Part shown: one piece after another, positions 24,570 to 36,510 of the stretch
Layout: every line of letters starts with the position of its first letter
Position numbering within the stretch: the stretch's first letter is position 1
Assembly (NCBI RefSeq): GCF_006345805.1
Contig: NC_043004.1
Coordinates: forward strand, 39,928,001-39,992,000
Length of the DNA: 64,000 nt
Origin: Octopus sinensis
Lineage: Eukaryota
Reading direction: 5' to 3'
Translations under genes and position numbers: made by a program
The notes under the pieces: generated by a model
What the model was told of the DNA's origin: nothing
Seen by the model: only the letters and a program-made list of their open reading frames with translations
The model's database searches: none

Positions 24570-24935
24570 CAAGTTTGCTTCCCGACTGCATAGTTCCAAG
24601 TTCAGTTCCATGGCTTGGCACCTTGGGCAAGTGTGATCTACTAAAGCCCTGGAATGTCCAAAGCCTTGTGAGTGGATTTGGTATATGGATACTGAAAGCT
24701 TGCTGAGTATATATGTCAGTGTGTGTGCGGGTGTGTATATATGCATGTCACTGCATTTGTTCCACCACCACCACTTGAGAACCAGTATCGGTTTATTTAC
24801 ATCCATGTAGCTTAGTGTTTCAGCATAAGGGGCCAATAGAGTAAGCACTAGGCTGGGGTTGAATCATTTGACTAAACCCTTGAAGGCAGTGCTCCAGTAT
24901 GACCAGTTTAATGAGTGAAAGAACATAAACACAAA
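24570..24935 (+). mobile_element. Family A SINE, diverged
   Basis: GGCACCTTGGGCAAGTG and AAAGCCTTGTGAGTGGATTTGGT blocks. Confidence 0.75.
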
Positions 24936-25446
24936 AGATGTACATGCAGTCATAACAAACCTCCAAATATGTCCTCACTACCAAATTATACTCCACTAGG
25001 CATTGGTTGACTCTGAAGCCATTGATTGACTCTGATGCTGGCTCAAAGTGCCATGTACTGGTATCAGACTGAAGCCTACGTCGTTAAGAAGCAAGTAAGT
25101 TTCATAACTAATATATATTTGTAATATTTCAAAATTTTGAAACCAGCTTTGAAATCCTATAAAACAGAAAACAAAAGCAAAGTAAAACATACAATTGAAT
25201 TTTGGTAATGGCTGCCAAACAGAGAAATAGACTTTATTGATCTGCTCTTTCTACTACAAATAGACTCTTCATATTAAATTTATGGTACAATGAATGCTGA
25301 TATGTTTATGCTCGTGTGTAGGTGCATTTTAATAATACATTTGTAAACATGTTGGCATACCCACCCACACAGACAAAAGGAAATTTGCAGGACATAGCAT
25401 TGTTTTCAAGCGAAGCTTTCATATATATATATATATATATAAAAAT

Positions 25447-26057
25447 AGGCGTGGCTCTGTGGTAAGAAAGGCGGCGAGCTAGCAGAATCGTTAGCTTAGC
25501 CATATTTCGTCTGCCGTTATGTTCTGAGTTCAAATTCTGCCGAGGTCGACTTTGCCTTTCATCCTTTCGGGGTCGATAAATTAAGTACCAGTTACACACT
25601 GGAGTCGATGTAATCGACTTAATCCCTTTGTCTGTCCTTGCTTGTCCCCTCTGTGTGTAGCCCCTTGTGAGTAATAATGAAATAAGAAGCTTGCTTCCCA
25701 ACCACACCATTCCGGGTTCTCTCCCACTGCATGGCACCTTGGCCAAGTGTCTTCCACTATAGCTTCAGGCCGATGAAAGACTTATGAGTAGATTTGGTAG
25801 ATGGAAACTGAAAGAAGCCCATCAAATATATATATGTGTGTGTGTGTGCATGTTATTGTGACTGTGCTTGTCCCCCCCCCATCAATGCTTGACAACTGGT
25901 GCTGGTGTGTTTACCTTGCTGTAACTTAGTGGTCTGGCAAAAGAGATTGATAGAATAAGTACTATGCTTAAAAACAAGTCATGGAGTTGATTTGACTAAA
26001 ACCCTTCAAGGCAGTGCTCCAGCATGGCTACACTTAAATGACTGAAACAAGTAAACA
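25447..26057 (+). mobile_element. Family A SINE interrupted by a family B SINE
   Basis: A head resumes at 25683 after the B copy. Confidence 0.82.
25469..25682 (+). mobile_element. Family B SINE nested in an A head
   Basis: B consensus; TAAGAA at 25463-25468 and 25683-25688. Confidence 0.88.
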
Positions 26058-26142
26058 AATAAATGTACGCACACACACACATATGTATACATACACTCAC
26101 ACACACACATACTGATGGTAGTTTCAATTGGTAAAATCAATA

Positions 26143-26292
26143 ATGGTTGGCATTAGGAAGGGCATCCAGCTGTAGAAACACTGCCAGATCAGACTGGAGC
26201 CTGGTGCAGCCTCCTGGCTTCCCAGACCCCGGTCGAATCGTCCAACCTGTGCTAGCATGGAAAACGGACGTTAAACGATGATGATGATGATA
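26143..26292 (+). mobile_element. Family C element, short 5'-truncated copy
   Basis: Core and tail only. Confidence 0.85.
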
Positions 26293-26377
26293 TATATCCG
26301 AACTATCAGAATCGCATCATCAGCATATAGCTTGAAGTGAAAATGAAATGTAAATCTGGGAACTTGTGAAGCATCTT

Positions 26378-26482
26378 ACATCATCTGATGAGGCTTTTCT
26401 GCACAGTGTGTTGCATCTGGTGTTATTACATCATTCCCACCAGAGAGTAGTGCTGAATGAAGCTGAAACGATTGTTGTGTGT
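26378..26482 (+). ncRNA. Degenerate hammerhead motif with long stem II (Penelope-like)
   Basis: CTGATGA 26385-26391, GGCTT..AAGCT stem, GAAA 26465-26468, then CGATTGTTGTG, similar to the 366-434 motif. Confidence 0.4.
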
Positions 26483-26550
26483 TGTGATAATAAATGCTTC
26501 TAGTTACACTCCATCTTCCGTATTAATCTTTTAAAATATTATATATATAT

Positions 26551-26959
26551 ATGCCAGCGCCGCCCCGACTGGCTTCTGTGCCGGTGGCACATAAAAAGCA
26601 CCATCCGAACGTGGCCGATGTTAGCGCCGCCCCGACTGGCCCCTGTGCCGGTGGCACATAAAAAAAGACCATCCGAACATTGCCAGCGCCGCCTTGGCTG
26701 GCTTCCGTGCTGCTGGCACGTTAAAAGCTCCAACCGATCGTGACCGATGCCGGACCCCCCTGGCACCTGTGCAGGTGGCACATAAAAAGCACCCACTACA
26801 CTCGCGAAGTGGTTGGCGTTAGGAAGAGCATCCAGCCGTAGAAACTCTGCCAGATCAGACTGGAGCCTGGAGCAGCCCCTGGCTTCCCAGACCCCGGTCG
26901 AACCGTCCAACCCGTGCTAGCGCGGAAAACGGACGTTAAACGATGATGATGACGATGAT
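26551..26959 (+). mobile_element. Family C element (young) with 4 units
   Basis: CpG-rich units, core, tail; inserted in a TA run. Confidence 0.9.
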
Positions 26960-27189
26960 ATATATATACACACACACACATAAATAACAGAAGACTGGAA
27001 AAAATTTTAGTGGCATTTATTCCTCATTCCATATGTTTCATTTCTAATAAGTGTTACATAAGTATTATATATGTAGAAAACCATGTTAAATATCTATTAA
27101 TAATTCTTGAGACTGAGAATTAAATGTACTTCATGAGGACATAGCTTGGATTGTAACCCCATCTACATACTATATGCATGTATGTATAT

Positions 27190-27585
27190 ATCTTTTACTT
27201 GTTTCAGTCATTATATTGTGGCCATGTTAGTGAACTACCTTGAAATTGTAGCTGAGTGAATCAACTCCAGTACTTACTATTTGAAAACCTGGTACTTATT
27301 TTATCAGTTTCTTTTGCCAAACTGCCAAGTTACTGGAACATAAACACATCAACTCTGGTTGTCAAGCAGTAGTGGGGTGGGACAAACACAGACACAAAAA
27401 CACACACAGATATACACACATACACAACAGGCTTCTTTCAATTTCCATCTACCAAATCCACTCACAAGGCTTTGATCAGCCTGAAGTTATAGTAGAAGTG
27501 ACTTGCCGAAGGTGTCACACAACAGGATTGAACCCAGAACCATTTGGTTCAGAAGCTAGCTCATTTACCACACAGCCACACTTAG
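27190..27585 (-). mobile_element. Family A SINE, diverged
   Basis: A tail, body and head recognisable. Confidence 0.78.
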
Positions 27586-28183
27586 TATATATGTACATGT
27601 GTGTAGTATACACTCACACACTGATTAAAGAAATTCAGCTTACATTCATTCTCCAATCTCCACCTCCATCATGTGATCAGACAAGTTTAAATGCATCAAA
27701 ACACGACTGTTATTAGATGTGAGGAGGTCTACTAAGAGTGAAACATGTTTGATGTTATGTCTACTAAAGATTACTATTCTTTTCCTCACCAATTTCCAGT
27801 TATAGTGAAACAGAACTGGTGTTTCAAACCATTTCCTTTGTTTTATTTTATTGTGACTTTTGCTTCTGCATTGTCTCACCATAATTATTATTAAGTTAAA
27901 CATTGCTCAGCAATATCTATCTCATTTATTAAAATTACTGAGGTCCCCACATTAAGTATGTAAACATATATTTTAATTCTCCTACAAATAGTTTTTCCCT
28001 AAAAACCCAGAGTCACTGGAATGGCAGAATCAACAATGTGTCAGAGTCACATACCTTACTCCAATGCTTCTCAACCCTTGCATAACACTTAAAATAAATT
28101 GTCTCAAGGAACCCCTGCACAAAAAAAAAAATTATATACCATATCTTTCTAATATTTCTTTCATTGTAATTCACATGATAAAT

Positions 28184-28254
<71 letters not shown>

Positions 28255-28414
28255 GAGCATTTGGCCAATCAGATTCGCAAGGAGCCATGAAAGCATCGAT
28301 TTGTGAGTTTGATTCAGTCTGAGGTTAAGCTCATCATTTTTCAGTCATTTGTTTATATTTTTGAATGGCGGTGCCCCAACATGGCCACAGCTCGCAAGCT
28401 GAAACTAGATAAAA

Positions 28415-28456
<42 letters not shown>

Positions 28457-29558
28457 ATATATAGGGTGCCCATAAATTACAGACATCTCTAAATATATCC
28501 CCAATGGTTGTTATATTTTGGGGGTAACATAATAGGTTAGATAGGATGATGTCTATATTACAATATTACAATAACCAAAATATGTTGTGCATGTACAGTA
28601 ATATTATGATTATGAAATTAGCATTAGCTTATCTTGCTCTTTCTCACGGAACCCCTAGGAAGCTTTTGCAGAACCCTAAGGTCCTGGGGAAGCCCAGTTG
28701 AGAAACGCTACCTCACATTATATTTATTCAGCTTTGATTTTCCGTGTTCAAAACCCTGCTTTAATTGACTTTCATTCTGCTAGGATTGATGAAATATGTC
28801 CCAGTTATACAGTGAGGCTCATTTCAATAAACTATACATTTCTATGTGTGACCTTGAACTACTTGGCTAAAAACTCTGTATCCTGCTGCTATTGTTGTTG
28901 TTGTTGTCATACATTGTTATAATCCTCCTCCTTCTTCCTCCACATTTCCTAATTAATGATTGTGAAATATATCCTGAAACCAACCAGCCATGTTTTCATT
29001 CTTCTAAATTGAAATTGAAACAACATATCTTTACATTCTATCTTCCCCCAAAACCAAATGGATTTTTCTTCACTACTTGCCCACTGGTAAAAATCAGGGA
29101 ATTTCAGTTAACAAAAGAGCTGCTACATGGCTGTTCGAGTAGCTAGAAATAGCAACATAATCCTCCCTTAACACACACACACAAAAAAAAACCTGGAATC
29201 AAACATCACTGCCACTAGGGACAATCTTCTTTATGAAGAGATTCAAAATATATTTCGCTAATGTTGAAAATGTCAGTAAACTGCAACAAACCGCAAACTA
29301 GCACACTCAATTTAACATCCTTACTATCATTTCCTGGTTGCTGGGTACCTTTAACACAGTTCACTATTGTTAGAATTACATCCATATAGACCTCCAGTTC
29401 CTTTCTTGCTACTGCTGATCTACAGATATTCAGATCAGAGAGTGCACATCAAGCTGGATCAATTCCACCAGTATGGAAGCGTCTACAAAGGTCACAAGCT
29501 CTGCCACGCCTTCTCTGGATTAATTTGAAAAAATAAATGAATAATAGTAAATATTTAA

Positions 29559-29778
29559 CCCTTTCGCTAATATATTTATTTTGAGATGTTCTGTGTTTCT
29601 TTCAATAACTTTAAATATAAGAAAGAATTTAGTAAAATAACATAGTTACCATTCAGCTAGTGTTAGGAATATAAATTGTGATTCAGGTTTGGTGGAAAAT
29701 TTTAATTCAAAACTTATGAAAACAAGACATTTGTACTCAGAGCCAGAGCCGGTTTCAGCCAGGTTGGTAACGAAAGGG
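29559..29778. mobile_element. piggyBac-like MITE F, intact
   Basis: TTAA at 29555-29558 and 29779-29782; TIR CCCTTTCGCTA versus CCCTTTCGTTA. Confidence 0.85.
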
Positions 29779-29889
29779 TTAACAGAACCAGCATTAAGCC
29801 ATCTCTTTTGATTTATTTATTTTAGGATTTTTATTGAGAGGCTGATTAAGTAGAAGTATAAACTCAATGAAATCAAGCCCTATCTAGAG

Positions 29890-30196
29890 CAGGGCTGGCC
29901 AATCTGAGGCCCTCAGACTTTTTTCTTGCAGCCCACTTGATGCTTTCTTGAAATGGGTCTATTTAGACAAACATTTAAAAAATTTTATCAAAAATTAAAG
30001 ATTGTAATGAAAAGTAAAAAATAAAGATACTATTGTTTTTGCAACGATAATATTTCATGTTGAAATCAAAAATCATTCATTCATTATTGTAACAAAAGCA
30101 TGAGAAAGCAATTAATTCTGTCAGTATACAAGCAGCCCTCGAAAAATTTTCTGTGATTAGAGTGGCCCGCAATGTAATTCAAGTTGGCCAGGCCTG
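29890..30196. mobile_element. hAT (Charlie-type) MITE
   Basis: TIR CAGGGCTGGCCAA / CAGGCCTGGCCAA (12 of 13); perfect 8-bp TSD ATCTAGAG at 29882-29889 and 30197-30204, matching the NTCTAGAN Charlie target consensus. Confidence 0.9.
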
Positions 30197-30249
30197 ATCT
30201 AGAGTGTTGTTATGAGGACCACCTTGTATCGTTGTCTTCATTACTTTAT

Positions 30250-30636
30250 TTATTACTTGTTTCAGACATTGGACTGTGGCCATACTAGAGCACTGCCTTG
30301 AAGGGTTTATAACCCCAGGACTTACTTCGAGGGGTTATAACTCCAGGATTTATTTGTCTAAGCTCAGTACCTAATCAACTGGCCTTTTTTTTTTTGCAAA
30401 ACTACTAAGGTATGGTGACATAAACAAACCAACATCAGTTGTCAGGCAGTGGTAGAAGACAAACACACACACACACACAAGCTTCTTTCAGTTTACATCT
30501 AAGGCATCCACCCATAAGGCCTTGGTCAGTCCCATGCAATAATAGACAACACTTGCCTAAAGTGCTGCACAGTGGGACTGAACCCAGAACCATGTGGTTG
30601 GGAAGCAAACTTCTTACTGTACAACCACACCTGCAC
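30250..30636 (-). mobile_element. Family A SINE, diverged
   Basis: GGGACTGAACCCAGAACCATGTGGTTGGGAAGCAA head remnant plus tail. Confidence 0.75.
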
Positions 30637-31624
30637 CAATAAAAATTCGCCATGGCCAACATTGTTTTTCCTCACCCTTTTACAAAGCTTCCAGTACGAG
30701 CCATGCAGATCCACAATAAAGGCAGCTGACTTTCTTTCCCAGAGTCAGATTTCTTTCTAAAGTTTTACATTCAAGCACTTCCTTTTATTTCTCTCCTTTC
30801 ATAAAACACATGTGTCTCGCTTTGCTTTTCAAACCTAACAAGATACAAGTGTTGAAAAGTAACTGACACTATGCTGTTGTTATCAACATCATGGAAAGAG
30901 TAACAGTGCCAACTCACTACCTTTGTCCAAATTGTAAAAGCAGGCAAAAACAAAAAAAAAAAAGAAGAAAAAAACCCATGTAATTGCCCTCATCATTAGC
31001 ATCAGGTGACAGGGTGGTGGTGGATGGTGGCAACAGTTTCAGAACAGGATATACAGAAAACAAGTTGATAGAATTGTTTAGCAATGATAATGGCAGTAAT
31101 TATGAAGCGGGCTGATAGTTAATCATGCTAATGGTCGATATTGATTAGCCAGATGACAGCAATGTGTTTGAAGCTTTACAACAAATAATTGTCAAGTGTT
31201 TAAAGCATTGTGGTTCGTTGCAAGATTTTTTTGTTTTCGAGACAAAGAATATACATAACAGCAATATTGATCATAGTGTGGTTAATAGAGGTTTTCAACA
31301 TTCTAATTCAGACAGGGCCAACCTGGAAGATAATTTTCAAAAGCTTTTAGCACTACGGAGGTGTGTTTTAATAACTTTCTAACAACTTAAAATTGCAGAT
31401 ATTTTCGCACAGTCCATTGCTGGCTAGAAACTATATCATAAAGTGAGACAGTTAATTAAATCTAATATAAACACCACCACATATTTCAGTAATGAGTAGA
31501 GAGTCAATTATATCAACCCCAAGTACATTGGAATGAAAAGCAAAGTCTGATTTGAGTTTATATTCCACCTGGTGGTGGTGGGGGGGATTTAAATTTAAAA
31601 CATAAATGGATATAACTAAATACC

Positions 31625-31858
31625 TGTTTCTTTATTACCCACAAGGGGCTAAACATAGAGGAGACTAACAAGGACAGACATAGGTATTAAGTCGATTACA
31701 TCGATCCCAGTGCGTTACTGGTACTTAATTTATCGACCCCGAAAGGATGAAAGGCGAAGTTGACCTCAGCGGAATTTGAACTCAGAACGTAACGGCAGAC
31801 GAAATACGGCTATGCATTTCGCCCGGCATGCTAACATTTCTGCCAGCTCGCTGCCTTA
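31625..31858 (-). mobile_element. Family B SINE
   Basis: B consensus; GGATATAACTAAATACC at 31608-31624 and 31877-31893. Confidence 0.88.
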
Positions 31859-32044
31859 ATGGCATATAACTAAATGGGATATAACTAAATACCACAAGGC
31901 ATTTATTCTACCAATTCTGCCATCTGCCTGCTTTTAGAATGTAGGAGAACTGATTACCGTCTCTTTCTGACAAGGTCTCCCACACAATCTCTGTTCTTAG
32001 ACTCACTAAATTTCACACAGAATAAAATGCAGCTTATCCTGTGA

Positions 32045-32362
32045 AGGCACAAGGTTAGAGCATCGGGTTCGCAATCATGAGGCAGTGAGTTTGATTCCCA
32101 GACCAGAGTGTGCATTGGGTTCTTGAGCAAGGCACTTTATTCCACATCTCTCTAGTTCACTCATCTTTAGAAATAGGTTGCAACATCATTGGCGCTAAGC
32201 TGTATTAGCCTTTGCATTTCCCACAGATAACATTAGTGGTTTGGAGGAGAGACTGATATGCATGGGCGACTGCTAGTCTTCCATAAGCAACCTTGCCTGG
32301 ATTTGTGCCTAGGTACAATCCCATGGTCATTCATGACCGAAGGGAGTCTTTACCTTACCTAT
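32045..32362 (+). mobile_element. Modular SINE: head 1 + CORE-like + tail 3
   Basis: GAGTTTGATTCCC B-box, GGGTTCTTGAGCAAGGCACTT CORE-like motif, distinct GCATGGGCGACTGC..CAATCCCATGGTC 3' part. Confidence 0.65.
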
Positions 32363-32830
32363 CATCATCATCATTTAACGTCCGTTTTCCAAGCTAGCAT
32401 GGGTTGGACGGTTCGACCGGGGTCTGGTAAGCCATGGAGGCTGCACCAGGCTCCAGTCTGATTTGGCAGTGTTTCTACAGCTGGATGCCCTTCCTAATGC
32501 CAACCACTCCATGAGTGTAGTGGGTGTTTTTTACGTGTAACTGGCACAGGAGCCAGAGCAGGCTGGCAAACGGCCACGATCGGTTGGTGCTTTTACATTT
32601 CACCGACACGGATGCCAGTCAGGCGACGCTAGTAACTGCCACACTCAAACAGTGCTTTTACGTGTCACCAGCACGGGTGTCTTAAATACAATTACCATTT
32701 GAATTTTTGATGTTGACGAACTTGACTCAACAGGTCTCCTCAAGAACAGTGGGTCACTCTACGATCCAAGGTTAGCACAGCAGGCTGTCCTGCGAGCATG
32801 AACTCACTTCATTTGTCGGGTCTTCGAATC
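32363..32830 (-). mobile_element. Family C element extending to the RTE ORF2 stop
   Basis: Family C core and units; the minus strand at 32805-32825 encodes KTRQMK*, similar to the ORF2 end at about 55640. Confidence 0.8.
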
Positions 32831-33058
32831 CTATCTTCAGAGCATTTCTTATCGTTTCTGTTTAGGCCCAGATCAGCCATAGCCTATGACCAGATTGGTT
32901 CCAGCCACAACCATTCCATCGTTCTTGTAAATCAGCAACTACACTTCCTTTTTCTTTAACCCTTTGTCTGCCAAAAATCGTTCGCCTGAGTTTGTCCTAA
33001 GCATCATTGCTTCTTTCCAAATTTTTGGTTAACACATATTTCATACGTTCAAAGTGGA

Positions 33059-33456
33059 TACTCTTTACTCTCTTTTACTCGTTTCAGTCATTTGACTGCG
33101 GCCATGCTGGAGCACCGCCTTTAGTCGAGCAAATCAACCCCGGGACTTATTCTTTGTAAGCCCAGTACTTATTCTATTGGTCTCTTTTGCCGAACCGCTA
33201 AGTGACGGGGACGTAAACACACCAGCATCGGTTGTCAAGCAATGCTAGGGGGACAAACACACACATATATATATATATATATACATATATACGACAGGCT
33301 TCTTTCAGTTTCTGTCTACCAAATCCACTCACAAGGCATTGGTCGGCCCGGGGCTATAGCAGAAGACACTTGCCCAAGATGCCACGCAGTGGGACTGAAC
33401 CCGGAACCATGTGGTTGGTTAGCAAGCTACTTACCACACAGCCACTCCTGTGCCTA
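33059..33456 (-). mobile_element. Family A SINE, young
   Basis: Near-identical to the 37921 and 44978 copies. Confidence 0.93.
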
Positions 33457-33761
33457 TATACAGTTTACCTTTCTTAAATCTCTAAATCTATATACAGTTT
33501 ACCTTTCTTAAATCTCAAGTTACTCAGGAGGTCGAATAAAATTGGGAACGTATATCATATATGATGCATGAACATCAGAGAGATATGTTCTGAGAATAAT
33601 GTGCTACACAGGACAGAAAAAGGGTTAAGACAGATCTAGCTATTTGACACGCTAGAAATAACAACTCAGATTATCTCAAAAGATGTTCTAAGTAAACAAC
33701 TGATGTACAATGTACTAATGCACAATTTCAAGCACAATAATTTTTTTCTTTTTCTTTTTTT

Positions 33762-34015
33762 TTCTTTACTAGTTTCAGTCATCAGAATGTAGCCACGCTG
33801 GGGCACCACTTAAAGGATTTTTAGTCGAATGAAGTGATCCCAGTACTTACTTTTAAAAGCCTAGTGCTTATTCTATTGGTCTCTTTTTCCAAACAGCCAA
33901 GTGATGGGGGACATAACACACCAGTACCAGTTATCAAGTGATGGTGGGGAGCACAAACACAGGCAAAGACATACATACAGATATACATCATCATCATCAT
34001 CATGTGTGTGTGTAC

Positions 34016-34052
<37 letters not shown>

Positions 34053-34058
34053 TGTGTG

Positions 34059-34103
<45 letters not shown>

Positions 34104-34250
34104 CAGGTTTCTTTCAGTTTCCATCTACCCAATCCACTTACAAGGCTATGGTTGGCCAGAAGCTATAGTAGAAGACACTTGCCCAAAGTACCATGCAGTG
34201 GGACTGAACCCTGAATCGTGTGGTTGGGAAGCAAGCTTCTTACCTTATAT
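33762..34250 (-). mobile_element. Family A SINE with expanded internal microsatellite
   Basis: Internal (CAT)n(TG)n(TA)n tract of about 140 bp. Confidence 0.82.
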
Positions 34251-35596
34251 AACTTGATAAAAGGATTGTTGATACCGTTTATCAACTCTCAATTGGTAGA
34301 TCTATAACCATTGGCATTCCAGTCATGAGACAACAGTAGCCAACATGCTCTTACTTTTTTTTTTTCTTTATGACAGTACTGTGTGATGGAAGAGAAAGGT
34401 TTTAGCTGCTATATCAAGCAAGTTGAGTGACCACATCGAAGCCACTCTTGCAGGGCTCAAACAAAAGGATTTCAATAAATAATCATTGTAAAATTACAAT
34501 TGGAACAAATAATTAAATGTCTGAGAAATAATGAAATACAAAATTAATTCTCACACCTCCCTCTCCACCCTTCCTCCATCTACAAATTAAAATGCCTATT
34601 AAATAACTCCCAATGTTTTATTAGACATTTAACGAAATCGGAAGAGATTTAATAAGCAGAAATCAATAATGGAAATAAATTGGAATTTCAAAAGTTGGAA
34701 AATCTTTTTTTTACTAAAAAAAAAAAAAAAAAAAGAAAGAGACAAATAAAACCCCAGAAACTTGCATATAATTTCAATATTCATTCCAAAGCTTGAAATC
34801 TGCTTAAATTTTTCTTTTTCCGTTTGGCTTTTCACAAAATTATTTAAAAACAATTTAGATCCCAATGGTTATTTTGTGTAAAGCTACCATGGGGGGGGGG
34901 GGGAAGAGAACAGAACGAAAAGAAAATTAAAATATATTTTACTAAATTAAATATCTAAAAAAAAAAAAGGTGGTCCCTCTTCCATCAAATCGATGGGTCT
35001 TGAATTACAGCACTAATACAGGTATACATACACACATATATATATATGTGCACAAACACGCACATGTAATCTTGAAAATTCAAATTTTTTTCAACAAGTG
35101 TGCGAAGAGTAGCAAGGAGTGGGGGGGGGGATTGGTATTTAAAGACCTGAACATATTAAAACTGCATGCATGAGAAGGCCTCGAGTGACGAGTGATTCAC
35201 TAGAGAGATTAAAGCAATTTTCATAACATCCTTGCTCCATCTCCCTCACTCATCTACTTTCTCCCTTTTTTTTTTTATGTTGGTTTCCATGTTTTCTTTT
35301 TCAGAAAACGTTTTTTACAAATGTTTGCTCTCTCTCTCCTCCCACACACTTAAACAAACACTTGTGTAGGTCGACTGCTTCTACAAATTCAAATATTTAC
35401 ATGGGCAGCTTTATTGATGATATTGTCACAGTTTAGTTATGATATTCATTTGTTGATTTTACTGGTTTTAGTCTCCACATTGTGGCCATGCTAGGACACT
35501 TCTTTGAGATGGCTTTCCATTGCTTATATCAACTTCAACTAAGGCATCTTTTAGTATAAAAAAAAAAGAAGACTCACATAATTGATGATTCCTGAA

Positions 35597-35639
<43 letters not shown>

Positions 35640-35691
35640 AGATCATTACCAGTGTTGTCTTACTGGCCTCCATCAACTAACACGATCGCGG

Positions 35692-35732
35692 AACTGACCC
35701 AGTTTCGAGCTAGTTGGATCTTCATCAGCCGT
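35692..35732 (-). ncRNA. Degenerate minimal hammerhead motif
   Basis: Minus strand GG-CTGATGA-A-GATC-CAACTA-GCTC-GAAA-C-TGG-GTC-AGTT; stem I is imperfect. Confidence 0.4.
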
Positions 35733-35828
35733 GCGCACCTGTGCCATGGAGTGATAGCTAAGATCCACTTCTGCCAGAGATATACTGTTAACAAAGTGAC
35801 CGCCGGTCACTGATTTACAACATGCAAA

Positions 35829-35967
35829 GTAGCTAGTTATAAAATCTCAAGAGGAGATAGAGTAGTAATGTATGCTAAACAGTAGTATACATTTGATGTG
35901 GCAACTCGCTCTAATGTTTAATATAAATTACTTCTCTATCTTTTCTTGAGATTTTATAACTAGCTAC
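35829..35967. repeat. Inverted repeat, 41-bp arms, 57-nt spacer
   Basis: 35829-35869 versus the reverse complement of 35927-35967: 38 of 41 identical, the first 24 perfect. Confidence 0.9.
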
Positions 35968-35988
35968 ATATATAAATATATAAATGCT

Positions 35989-36035
<47 letters not shown>

Positions 36036-36053
36036 ATATATATATATATATAA

Positions 36054-36510
36054 ATCAGAATATATATATATATATATAAATCAGAATCAAAATCGAAATC
36101 GATCAACATCAATGGAAATTGTAGCTGTGATACCAGTGCCGGTGGCACGTAAGAGAACCATCCAAACACAGCCGTTGTCAGCGCCACCCCAACTGGCCTC
36201 CATGCCGGTAGCATGTAAAAAGCACCATCCGATCGTGGCCATTGCCAGTGTCGTCTGGCCTCCGTGCTGGTGGCACGTAAAAAGCACCATCTGATCGTGG
36301 CCGTTTGCCAGCCTGCGCTGGCTCCTGTGCTGGTGGCACGTAAAAAGCACCCACTACACTCACGGAGTGGTTAGCGTTAGGAAGGGCATCCAGCCGTAGA
36401 GACATTGCCAGATCAGACTGGGCCTGGTGCAGCCTTCTGGCTTCCCAGACCCCAGTTGCACCGTCCAACCTATACTAGCATGGAAAGCGGACGCTAAACG
36501 ATGATGATGA
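36054..36510 (+). mobile_element. Family C element with 4 units
   Basis: AAATCAGAATCAAAATCGAAATCG start, units, core, tail. Confidence 0.9.
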
